From: Macrostomum lignano
Taxonomy: Eukaryota
Reading direction: 5' to 3'
DNA length: 64,000 nucleotides
Assembly (NCBI GenBank): GCA_002269645.1
Contig: NIVC01000421.1
Location: forward strand, 62,001 to 126,000
The position numbers were made by a program, and so were the translations under genes. The notes under the pieces were generated by a model that saw nothing but the letters and a program-made list of their open reading frames with translations, had not been told where the DNA came from and did not search any database. How positions within the stretch are numbered: the stretch's first letter is position 1; every line of letters starts with the position of its first letter. This document shows positions 11,800-23,283 of this stretch, piece by piece.

Positions 11800-12140
11800 C
11801 GGACTCTGTAGCCTACTGGTCTAGAGTGGTGCTCTGATGCGTCAGCGGCCCAGGCTCGATTCCAAGTGCAGTCACATTAATTTGGGGCTAAATTGGAATC
11901 TCGGCTTGGCTCTGCACATGCAATTAACACCCAGATTGAGGGCCAACCCCCAAGGCACAGTGAAGTGTACATGCCTAACGATAAATAAAGTTAGGGCCGC
12001 TGTACACTCCTGTGTGAGTGTGTGCCTGTGCGTATGACTGCGTACGTATCCGCGCGCTTGTGTGCCTGCTCAGGGGAGTCGGCGGAATGGGCAGTAATGC
12101 CTCTCGACGGTTGTGTGACAATGTCGCTTAAAGTGCACCT
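11800..12140 (+). mobile_element. tRNA-derived SINE, family A, near full length
   Basis: A-box-like gtagcctactggtctagag and B-box-like ggctcgattcc; body nearly identical to the copies at 22211 and 40325. Confidence 0.8.
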
Positions 12141-13190
12141 GCCTGCCGGAGTCGCCGCCGCCGGAGTAAGGATGTGGGAGGGCGTTGCCCAAAGTTACTC
12201 TTCAAGACATAATGCTACAAAGACTCGACTTAGATTAGCTGGGACTATATAATAAATATATACCTTAGTATTGCAGTTGTATATAGTAATTCAGTTGCAG
12301 TATAGAAGTTAGTGAGCTATACAAGAACTCTCCAGTATATTTGTATTAATATGTGCTTGGCTGAGCCACCACGAAATACCGAATATAAAAACCGACAAAT
12401 TGATAAATTAAAACACATCAAAATATCCAGTATAAACTATATTGAACTTTTATGTGATGCTCTATCGATAGTCCATATATAAGAGAAACACACAGAATAT
12501 GATAAATAAAATGTATCCAATACATACTGTTTAACTAAACTAACACAACGATACCTTATATTAAAGAGCTCTTTAAAAGAGATTCAAATAAAAAATAGGT
12601 TGAGAATTTAGAGAGAAAAAGTAGCCAAATATTGGCTCAGAAAGTTTAATAACAACAGCAATGTATGTTCTATACGACTAATCTTGCTTATTTATTAAAG
12701 TATAATCGGGTGAAAGGATTCTTTATAGTAGCGGAGGAAAAGTACGAGTGTGTCGTAAAACACATTAAACAGCAACAATAACTGACTGTTGGTTGCTTTT
12801 CCTTCCCATTTTATTCGTAAATTTTCAATATTTATCCCGGTATAGCTAATCGTTATTTTTGTTTTATCTGAGATGAACCATATCTTTCTAGAGAGCTATA
12901 ATATATCCCAAGACCCCAGCATGGATAAGGATCTATTCCTTCATACATGGACCCCAGGCACAAATGTGGACACAGATTTTGTCATCTACTCAAAGTCTCG
13001 GACCTTTATAATATGCACTCGGGATGGGTCTACGACAACTGATTTTGGGATGGTTGACGATGTAGAGAGTCACTTGGTTGTCGGGAATGAAGGATTCGTC
13101 AACGAACAGGCGGCTCCTGTTCATTATCATCGAAATATCGAACGTGGCGCCGATTCGGAGAACTGATCGCTTCGGATTGGGAGCACCTTG

Positions 13191-13918
13191 TTAGTGGAGT
13201 AGAAGTTCCGGTGTCTGGTTCGAATGTAGAGCTTGCGAGTCACCTCGGGTAGGTCCCATTCCCACAAATAGATCCAAATATTGACTGTAAGAGCTGCAGT
13301 CGGTGAGATCGATGAAGGTGTTTATCTTCGGCTACCTCTTCAGCTCTATCAGAAACGTGAAGCTGTTGTTGAAGTCGAATCCGCTGGTGTCGTTTACTCA
13401 CATCCGGGATGTCAGGCCGTCCATCTTAGCGCCCTCGTCAATCCAAGTCACTCCGGTGTGCTCGATCGGGTTCTTCTGTCCGCCATCGCTGCACACGAGG
13501 TTCTCGAGCTGCTCGCCTCTGCCTCCGAGCCACACACGGCGGCAAAGTGCCGATTGGCGGTGAGCACGTCCAGCTCGGAGTCCACAACGAGCTTGTACGA
13601 GTTGGCCTCGTCCAGCGGCCCGTCAGTGGGGCTGCTCAGGTTGAGCAGGTGGCAGACTCGGCTGAAGAGAAACAGCGAACAGGTGGCAGTTCGCGAGTTC
13701 CATTGGATCACCGATATGCCTGGCAGATTTCGCAGGCGACTCGGAAAGACGCACTGCAGAATGGAGACGGCCGGGCTGGGGAGGGTTCACTCGGACAGGG
13801 ACTTGTTGAGGCAGGTGCGCTGCATGACCGGGTAGTGATTTCCGGAGCTGGCAGCTGCGGTAGAGGTGCAGAGCAGAACGGACGCAACAAAGGCAAGTAG
13901 CGGCCGGCAAAGAGCCAT
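13191..13918 (-). pseudogene. Disrupted secreted PAN/apple-like + C-type-lectin-like gene
   Basis: Signal peptide MALCRPLLAFVASVLLCTSTAAA, then SILQCVF...VIQWNSRTATCSLF (PAN-like). In-frame TGA at 13787-13789, a frameshift near 13480, and further stops at 13398-13400 (TGA) and 13332-13334 (TAG) in the lectin-like frame. Confidence 0.5.
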
Positions 13919-15049
13919 GCTTCATGCTTCTCTCTTGATTTTGAAAATTCGCTTTCCGGTTGAAAGTTTTAAGTATTCGATCTAGACTTACAATGCTGCT
14001 TCGCGATGGTAACAAGCACACGGCAGCTCAGGCTGACTCGTGGGTGTTGGTTATATATCATGAATAGTGGATGTAAAATTAGTAACTGAAAGTTTAATTA
14101 GCGATTTAAAAGCTGCAGACGACAAATAAAAGCGTTTAAATTTTTAATTAAAAGAGAGACGACAATGGAGAAATGGACTGAAATTCAACTTAATGGCCTT
14201 GCTGCATCTCCTATGGCCTAAGAGCCCAATTAGCCAAAAAGCCTTGAGAGAGTGAAAGTGATGAGCCTGCGAGTAGTAGGATGGTAAAAGGCGAGAAGTC
14301 ATGCATGGATAATGGCGCCATTTATCGAGAATTTATTTTAAAAATGTTTTCCTATCCATTCTTAAATCCATTTAGGAGCGTCTACAGGCAGGTGAGGTGG
14401 ATTCCATTTTACCTTCAGCTTTGGAAGCCTGAGCTGCGTTAATAACTGCAATGCCGTTGTTAAGGGATGCAGAAACATCCACATTGAAAAATCGCCACTC
14501 TACGAGTATGTGATGTGCCAGTGAGCAATTTCTCTTGGACTATTCTGAAATGAAAGAATTGAGAAAACTGATCGGGGTAGCTTTAATCCGTCCAACCCTC
14601 GCACACCGCTCCCCCCCACTGCATTCTTCAACTCAAGTCTGCCGCGGCCCCGGGCACAACGTAGCTGAGTTGCGTCACTCGCAAAGATTGAGAGGCCTTA
14701 CCTGCACTCTCAAAAGTGGCGACCCACAGACGGAATCTTCTGTGATGGCGAATTTTCGATGTTGCTGAGTATAAATGTCACTCCTATGTCTCGCCCATGC
14801 ATTCAAGACAGACTGAGGCAGTTGCTCCGAGCAACGGTACCGTTAGCAGGTAGTAAAGCGTGTGCGAGTTTTTAATGAAATAACGTTCTAGTATAAGTGG
14901 CAACTAGCAATCAGCGCCCCCCGTTTGGGGAGCCAAAAAAGAATGTAATAATATTTTTTTTAATAAACTACATGTAGCTTCTCCTTGCAATAGCCTCAGC
15001 AATTTCCCCTGTAAGCCTTGTCATCTCGGCGATTCCCCCTAACCTCGAC

Positions 15050-15118
15050 CCCAACCCTAACCCTAACCCTAACCCTAACCCTAACCATAACCCTAACCCT
15101 AACCTTAAAGCCCTAACC
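15050..15118. repeat. Interstitial telomere-type repeat (CCCTAA)n, ~9 imperfect copies
   Basis: ccctaaccctaaccctaacc... visible; flanked by three copies of ccc(c/t)gtaagccttg. Confidence 0.85.
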
Positions 15119-18100
15119 TTAATATCTCAGGATTTCTTCCCCCGTAAGCCTTGATATTTCAGGAGTTCTTCCCTCGTAAGCCTTGAAATTTCAGAAATTC
15201 TCCCGAAGTAGCATTTTAGATTGAGAAAGTAGCTCGTAGCACCGATCACCGATCTCTCGCTGCTTGGGTTCAGTGTCATTGCACTAAAGTCAGTCAAAAA
15301 GCCTCCATAAAATTTCTGTATAACCTCGCCTATTACTCTAGCCAACATCAGCTGTATAGTTAATAAAGCAAAAAAACGCGAATTTATTCCTTAATTCGAA
15401 ACTATACGTTGGCATCAGGATTGTAAAAAGAACCCTAGATGACAATCTGTTCACACCCGCGTAGCAGATCTGTTTTTAACTTTCATTTCTTAACAGATCT
15501 TAGCATCTGCTATGTCTTGTAATATCTTACCAGATGCGGCTAGTATCTGCTCACGATAAGTGCATAAATTTCTTATCCAAATGAGTGTGGAGTATCAGGA
15601 ATGTATAGAAAGAAATAATATGACAGTAACAAACATAAAAACACGCTTCAGTTAAGCTTAAAGTGTCATTAATTGCGTCAGTCATATCTGCTTTTTCATG
15701 CAAGATATGGAACAAAATATGCTGCTTCGTGTCAGATCTTACTTTACAAGGTTTGAAATTAAACATACATATGTTTAAATATATGTTGCCGAAACAAGTT
15801 ACTCACTTTTTATACATTAGATTTTCCTTTCAATAAATAAAAGGGAATAACGGTTAAAGACTTCATCGCAATGAAAAATTTTTTGTTATACCTTAGCTAG
15901 TAAAATAGGTATGAACAAAGTAATGAAAAACGTGCCTCTCCTTATCTGCAATTATTGACTTGTTGTCCATCTAAAAATAGTATCAGTTGATTGAATCTTT
16001 CGCATATATACCAAAATGTGCTTTAGATTTAATCTTTAAATCGGTAAGGATCATTTGGAATTAGGTAGAATACCTTTAAAGTTTAGAGGTTAGGTCTAAC
16101 TTGTCTCTCATATATTCCATCATTCTTAGGCTAATGCAATAATAATGGCAATGTCAAAATGATGAAAAAGCCATGACAACTGACAAATTATTATATCAGA
16201 CAACATGTCCATAGGTATAATGTTATTGTTTGAATGAAAAAATAAGGTCTTTCAACTTATAAATTATATATAATATCCAGTTATTTAGCTATTTACCTAT
16301 TATTCATTAACTTCTCTACTAACCAAGGGACAGGTAGGCCATAGGGTACCCATACATAACCTATTCCCCCTCCCTATGACTCATGGGTCATGGCCATGGG
16401 TAGGCCTACCCTATTCTATAATCAGACAATGGTACTATACACCCTATAACTGATATTGTCTGTTAGGCCTATTGAGCTATGAATAGGCCTAAATAGGCCC
16501 TTCCCTTACTTAGACTCTAGTTTATTCTATTTTATAAAAGGCCATACCAAGTGCAGATCTAGAAAACTTTTAAGAAAGGGGCCAAGCTATACCAAACACT
16601 ACAACCCAATATTGGAAAATAGGCCTACTTAATAGACCTGGCATAATTATAGTTGTAGACCAAAAAAGGGCTCATGACCAAGACTGCCATACACCAAGAC
16701 TGCCACAGCTCTAACTGGCTAATGGAATTGACACTGAGGGGGAGCTATTATCTTCCTGCATTGCTATTGCCATATTGGTTGTGATGGGTTATAAAGTTAG
16801 ATAAGAGGAAATATCCTAAGATTGGTTACCAATAAGGCAAATAAGTGGCCCAAAATGGTTGCAAGTCAACCAAGGCAATTTTAACAATACGCCTAGGCCT
16901 ATCTTATAGTTCCTTTACAATTCAAATTGAATGAAAAAAATGAGGAGCCTGGCTTATTTACCTACTTGGCCCATTTACTAGTTTCTTTCTTGTAGCCTTG
17001 TCTTATTGGCTCTCTCCATCTCACCCTTTCTCAGCATCATCCAATAACATGGCAAGCCAAATTCCTCCCCCTAGCTCCCCCAAGTATGGCAGTCTTTGTG
17101 TGGCGGTCTTGGTCCTATACCTCAAAAAGTATGAAAAAAAATTTTTGGTTGCGGCTCTATATTTGCCACTGGGCCATACTCTGAAAAGTGGGTGTTTCTA
17201 ACTTTAAACTACATGGTTCATTGATAATTATATTATGTTTGATTTTGTTTGCTGTTATTATTAGTAATATACTATTTAGACAATGCTATATATAGACTAT
17301 GTATATAGTATAGATAGTATACTGGTCTAATCCATAAGCTAGCTAAGTAAGATCATGGATTATAAAGATTATCCAGAGATCATGAGGTCATGATTTAAAT
17401 AGAAAATGCATGTTTATAAGCATATTACCCTTAGTCCTTAAGCTTATGAAATATGCATAATAGTAGTCATGATTATGAGTATCTTTATAAAATATTCTTC
17501 AAACTCAGTAATAATTTTTTTGATCACAATTATATTTTAATCTGAAGTCTAAACTTAAATTTCCAGGTGCAAATTTTCTATCTAATTTAGAAAGAATATG
17601 GAAACTGGTGATCATTCAAGCCAAAGTCCAAGGGCTAAAAGGCAACGCAGACCAGCAAGCCAGGATTACTTTGGCTTGGAAAGGCAAAGGCAGCAAAATG
17701 TGTTTGTTTTGTTATGGTACAACAAAACCAATTCCTATAGTGAGGCCTTGTCTCAATAATGTTATGTTTTCCAAGGTAAGTTATGCAAATATTTTTAATA
17801 TGTTGTTAAAATGGTTATATATATGCATTTGTCTTTAGTCTGGTCCTTAAGTTTTTAAATATAATGGTAGCTTATAATGTAGGGCTAGGTTGTTTACTTA
17901 AATTACTTTAGACTTTGTATTCATTATTTATGTATATTTTTATGATAGTGTACCTTGGAAAATATTTTTATAGTGTTTTTGGTAATGACTTTGTGGTCAA
18001 CAACATATTAATAAACACCTTGTTATTTTGCTAACAAAGGCCTGCTATGCTAGCCTTTGTCCCTTTTCTACTATTATCTTTCCATATTTGCAGTAATGGA

Positions 18101-18699
18101 CAAGTTAGCCAGAAAAGAGCTATTTTTTGAAAATTTGGAGTTTTTTTGTTATCAAGAAAGTTAGTTTCTTGAGTTGAAGTTTAAATGTTTAATGTTTTTT
18201 ATTTTAAAAAAATTATCTTTTCAAGATAACTTTTATTAACTAGTCATTGCCTATCACTGCTCAGGCTGCTGTATTGAATTATAAATCACATCTCCAATGC
18301 TTAATTCTTTAACAATCATCAAGTTAAGGATTATACTAAAACTGGTAGAATATAAGTATATCCGAAAAGTAATAGCTTACTAAGTCTAACTGGCAATCCA
18401 ATATAATTCCATTTTAGTTCTCTGTGTCCAAGAAAGCTGCCTGGCAAAAGGTAAGCATTAGTTTTGTCTGTTAGTCACTCATTGGAATCAATAATAAAAG
18501 TGTGGTGAAGAGCCATTTTTGTATATCATTTTTAGTATTTTGAAGAAACAATGAAAATCGGTTGAGCCTTTTGGGAGATAACCAATTCTGTTTGCAAGCT
18601 ATTTTGCGCCCTTTCATGCATCAGCATAGGCTTCACCAGCCGCTAAATATTTTAAGCAAAAATCGTGATGGTAAAATAAGTTGTAAGAATTCTTTCTCC

Positions 18700-19021
18700 A
18701 ATGGAATGCAGGTGTTCCATACCTATGATAATGCTCGGAAAGGAACGTGCATCAGCTTCATCGTGAATTATTCTAGGTTCTAGCGAATCTGTAGGAGTCA
18801 TCAAGAGCATTGATCACGGGACCCAGTCTGTCAGAATTTCTCCGATTTTATCAGTAAAAAAGAATAATATGTTTTGTTGTTCACGGCAGCAGTACGAAGA
18901 CAGTTTTGGATGCGACGACTTTCCTGTTCCAATTGGTTTGGATTTCCTAAAGTGCTTGCTGGTGGCCGATGATAACCAGGTCTACCTTGTGCCAATTCTG
19001 AGCTGCTGCGAACACAATTAG
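18700..19021 (+). pseudogene. Decayed C-terminal fragment of a CMC/EnSpm-type transposase
   Basis: GMQVFHTYDNARKGTCISFIVNY, then in a shifted frame LKCLLVADDNQVYLVPILSCCEHN*. Resembles the YHS..Y.RKG..CSY.V.Y and ...EHN/D* endings of animal CACTA-type transposases; stops and frameshifts in between. Confidence 0.5.
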
Positions 19022-19586
19022 GTAGCCCATTTATTTGCGCGTGTTTTTTACTTCTGTGTAAAACCAAAGTATATTTTTTCGTAATTAGTACATTAACACT
19101 ATCTTGAATTTGATCCATTCGGTCTGTAATAACTTTAGATGTCAGTAAGAATCTACAGAACTTACAACCAATATTAAACCCAATATCTACAGAACTTCAT
19201 ACCCAACTTTGCGTCCCCCTTGGCAGGTGCACACAGTATGCATGAGCACTGCGGCGACACGGCAGCCCCAGCAGTATGAGCAACCCTAGCAGGTAAGCAG
19301 GCAGCGCGCCTACACATTCGTGTCGTTTTTTCGTTCTCTGATTATGAGTACATTTTTATTTTGCTTACTAGATTAAATTTTGTCTATCTTCAGCCGCTCT
19401 GGGTATTACTAGTACAAGCTACAAGTGCAAAATAATATGTAGTTTAAAAACCTAATATATTGCTTACTTAGCTCTAAAATCCGAATTTCGAAGTAGAAAG
19501 TGAATAATATTAGTCTTGTCAGTGTCACAAATATCTTCATTTCCCTGCCAGATGCCCTGCGTTGCCTACTGTGCATTGGTGCTCAG

Positions 19587-19691
19587 CCTTCGGTGCCCAG
19601 CTGCCTTCGGTGCCCAGCTGCCTTCGGTGCCCAGCTGCCTTTGGTGCCCAGCTGCCTTCGGTGCCCAGCTGCCTTCGGTGCCCAGCTGCAC
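19587..19691. repeat. 17-bp minisatellite (cggtgcccagctgcctt)n, ~6 copies
   Basis: Visible tandem array inside the EnSpm-like element. Confidence 0.9.
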
Positions 19692-21266
19692 TCTAACTGT
19701 CATTATGCCTAGCCGCCTTTGGTGAACAGATTTGCGAAACTTAATACTTTAAAAAACTTTTCTAGTTTACTTTTCAAAATACAGTTTTGTAAACAGTTTT
19801 TAATGCAGCTATATCAGAATGGGGGCTTTTTAACTAACTGGCATCAAATTAACAGAAAGAAACGGTTGGTAATGCAATATGGCAAAACGGAAATTTCGAT
19901 GAGCAAAAGTTACTATAGTTACTCTGATTTTAGAGAAATTTGTTCAACACTTATTCTTGCAGAAGCAATTTGCTCTTAAGATGTGCCGTTCCCTCCCCTC
20001 CAAGACACCCGGATTGGGATGAAATTAGAAATATTGCCATGAAATTTATATAATTGCCGTAATTGTAATTTTATTTCCACAAAAATTAATTAAATTGCAA
20101 TTTTACTCAAATGTTATACTTTCTACTTACAGTAGAATACTTTAAATATTAAATTGGACGAATTGCAATTTGATTGTGAATTTTTACTTTCTAAATTTTG
20201 TGTTAGCTATAAAGGAAATGAGCCAATGACTATATATGTATGATAGCCTAATTTTGTAAAGATTTGTTTTAGCAACATTTTTAAGGAAAATGTTTATAAT
20301 TTAGTTTATATCGCATGCTTGTCGAGATTGCAATTTAATTATAATTTGCTATAATTTTTGCAATGGAATTTTATTGTATTTTGCTGTGTTTGCTACTTCA
20401 TTACGCCTTTATGTTTTTGTGTTCATGCTTTTGTAAATACTATATGCTCTCTGTATGTAAATTATAAATAAAAATTAAATAGTAAAAATGTTTAAATAGG
20501 GAATTGCCCAATAGTGCCACAATAATTCACCCAATAATAAAATGCAGAGAAAAATTTTCTTTTGTTTATATTACTTTTTTCTTCAGGTAACTTCCCGAGT
20601 TCCCGAGTCTTAAAATTTTGATTATGTATGCACCATAGAGGTACTGCACGCGCATTGCGTGCTATAGACATTCATCTTCGATGCCTTATCAGATCTTGAC
20701 TAATCTTGTATCTTCTTGGAAGATATGGCCTCAAGAACTTGCATGATCCTGTGTCATCTTAGCAGATCTGGCCCGAAGATCTTGCATGATCTGTTCAGAA
20801 GATCTGGTAAGAATTGACTATGTATTTCAATGGCGAAGATCTGCTGAGCTCTTGCAAGAACTTAGGGCGCAGTTCAAGTCAGATCTTGTAAGAAACCCCA
20901 AGCCAATGTCATCTAGGGAAAGTACACTAGACTTTTTGCTAGTACGATTTATATAATACTCCAGTTTTCTTGCCTCATACTTATTTTAGTATGAAATATA
21001 TTGAAAGCTTGCTCAATTAGCAAGCCAGGTAAAACAAGCACGTCATATGAGTAGCTGGTTCAGCAGTCTTGCAATGCAAGCCTCTTATACGCTCGCAGAC
21101 GCACCTGACTCAAGCAAGCCTTCTCAAATGTCTTTCCCGTGTTCCTCGCATCCGTAATTCTTGTGCAGTCGTACCAAAAAATACATAGCGGCCTAAATGG
21201 CATCGCTCCGCAAAAAAAAACAACTAGACGACCGCGTACCCGATGTGTCTGCTCGCCCGGGGTTGG

Positions 21267-21269
<3 letters not shown>

Positions 21270-21305
<36 letters not shown>
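21270..21305. repeat. (GA)n microsatellite
   Basis: Pure dinucleotide run. Confidence 0.95.
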
Positions 21306-21310
<5 letters not shown>

Positions 21311-22210
21311 GAATCTCTCCTGGAGTAGCAGGGAAGGAAGTTGAGCCTTCAGGCTGCTACGACTCGCTCATCGCGCAGAGATGCGTCCTCTTGCAGCCTG
21401 TTCTGGACCCGCCCTCCGCCTCTCTCTCTCTCCCCATCGAATTTCAGACTCCCGCTACTATGCATAAGAATTGCAGTTAGCTAGAGGAGACGCGCCCAGG
21501 TGAGCGGCTGGGGGGGGGGGGGGTGACTGGACTCGAATCGAGTCAACCTGTCGACAACACTTCCTCCGAGTTTGTGATTGTACGAAACGTTTCGTATCAG
21601 TTAGAAACGGAGTAAGACTGATTTTTAGGGAAAGAGAAAAAACATGAGGGAAGAAGCGTACGATGTGCGCTTTTTCTGAGTCTACGGCTCGTACACGCAT
21701 GTAACTCCACACAAAAATGGCTATTAAACTGAGTCGATAGCAATCCAATTTCTCTTCTGGCAAGCTGTCGACTTCTCGGTACTAAAATACTCGATAGACA
21801 TTTAGCTAATGCATCAAACCTCTGTTCGCTACTTCCTGTGTGAAGCTTGCGCAGCTGCTGGTCAGCTTTGGCACTTTCCCAGTACTTAGGAGCGTGTCGA
21901 CCGTGGCTGTGCTCGAGTGCTTCCTAAGAACGGCATCATCGCCTATCCAGTTTCCTGTCTCCTATCGAAGTATCTTAGAAATCGCTTCGTGAGTTGCCAT
22001 AGCAAAAACCCGAAGCTGTGGTATAAAAGTTGTGACTTTGTGTGTCAAGCGTTTCGACTAGTTGAATATCTGGTGAAGAAACGTCGACTTCAGTCTTAAA
22101 TTTGAATCTAAGAAATCACACTAGGCTTAAGGTTTCCCTCAGGTAAGCAATTTACTTGTAATATGTACGATTTCTTGTCACGTGTTTCGTTAGTTGTAAC
22201 AGTTTACTTT

Positions 22211-22568
22211 GGGGGGCCGTAGCCCAGCGGTAGCGCAGCTGCTCTAGTGTGCCGCGACCCAGGCTCGATTCCAAGTGCAGCCACATTAATTGCACAAGCG
22301 AGCCAAGCCAAGATTCCAATCCAGCCCCAAATTAACGGCCTTGAGAGCCAACCCCCCAAGGCGCAGTGAAGTGTACATGCCTAACAATTGATAAAGTTAG
22401 GGCCGCTGTACACTCCTGTGCGAGTGTGTGCCTGCGTAACGTATCCGCGCGCTTGTATGCCTGCTCAGGGGAGTCGGCGGAATGGGCAGTAATGCCTCTC
22501 GCCGGTTGTGTGCCAACGACGCTTAAATTGCGCCAGGTTGCACACAACCCCCCTGCCTCTAATAAAAA
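22211..22568 (+). mobile_element. Complete tRNA-derived SINE, family A, with short A-tail and 13-bp TSD; internal ~50-bp segment inverted relative to other copies
   Basis: tRNA-like head ggggggccgtagcccagcggtagcgc...ggctcgattcc; tail aataaaaaa; aacagtttacttt duplicated at 22198-22210 and 22569-22581. Confidence 0.88.
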
Positions 22569-23283
22569 AACAGTTTACTTTAATTTGCTTCTACCAGATT
22601 CTGTAGGTCCCAGGGGCGTTGCCGGGGATGAGGCCCAATAGGCTAGCAAAAGTCCTCACAATGGCGCCGTCACGATGGCGCCCCTGAGGAATAGAAACTC
22701 CTCCTGGCTACTGTAGCGACTGCTATCAAAACTTTTCTATTTCTAATGTATGAAATAATTTTTTCTTGAGTGAAACTATAATTTGCTGGCAATCAGCCGT
22801 AGCAATAAGGTGTAACAATCATTCTGCTTACGCCAAATAGCTGTCAACAGTCAGCACTGCCCCATGTCCGACCGTCTTCCTGCAGCCGGTGGTAAAACTC
22901 CTGCTTGTTGTTGGCTGTTTTTTTGTTAATTAATATTGCTACTATTGTTTATCTACTCATCGCAAAAACATTATTTGCATCGCCATTGAATCAAAAGCAT
23001 ATTACAGACGGATAACTTTTGGCACAAACTTTTTCAAAGTCTATCCAACATTAAAGTGTTATTCAGAATCACATGTTATATTAATATACACATTTATTTG
23101 CATCACATTTATTTGGAAAAAAAATCATTCGCAATGCTCATTAACTTATTACTGTTGTTGTATACATATATCTATGGATATAATAAAAGTACAATGTAAC
23201 GCATGCATGCGCAGCAATGCAAGTTTAAATAAGCATAATTGATAATCTAATGCTTACATGTATGCACTCGCATCACATCCACA

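Larger units (their letters stand above)
15433..20918 (+). mobile_element. 5.5-kb EnSpm/CACTA-like element with CCCTAGATGACA TIRs and 2-bp (AA) target-site duplication
   Basis: Left aa|ccctagatgaca at 15433, right tgtcatctaggg|aa ending at 20918. AGATCT-rich subterminal repeats at both ends (15460-15550, 20690-20890) and a decayed transposase C-terminus inside. Confidence 0.75.

Noticed and set aside
12055-12100. HDV-like ribozyme in SINE family A (ggcggaatggg resembles J4/2-P2)
   Set aside because: Only a short hairpin can be drawn; there is no room for P1, P3, P1.1 and P4. No hammerhead core (CUGAUGA...GAAA with three stems) was found either, including in the GATGAGTT array.
13787-13789. 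In-frame TGA as selenocysteine or a variant genetic code
   Set aside because: The same gene also has a TAG and a frameshift, no SECIS-like element was recognised, and neighbouring genes use TGG for Trp and TGA as stop.
17590-17770. Possible BED zinc-finger remnant (SQDYF...KMCLFC) in the CpG-poor island
   Set aside because: It needs a frameshift and lacks the His pair; too weak to call.
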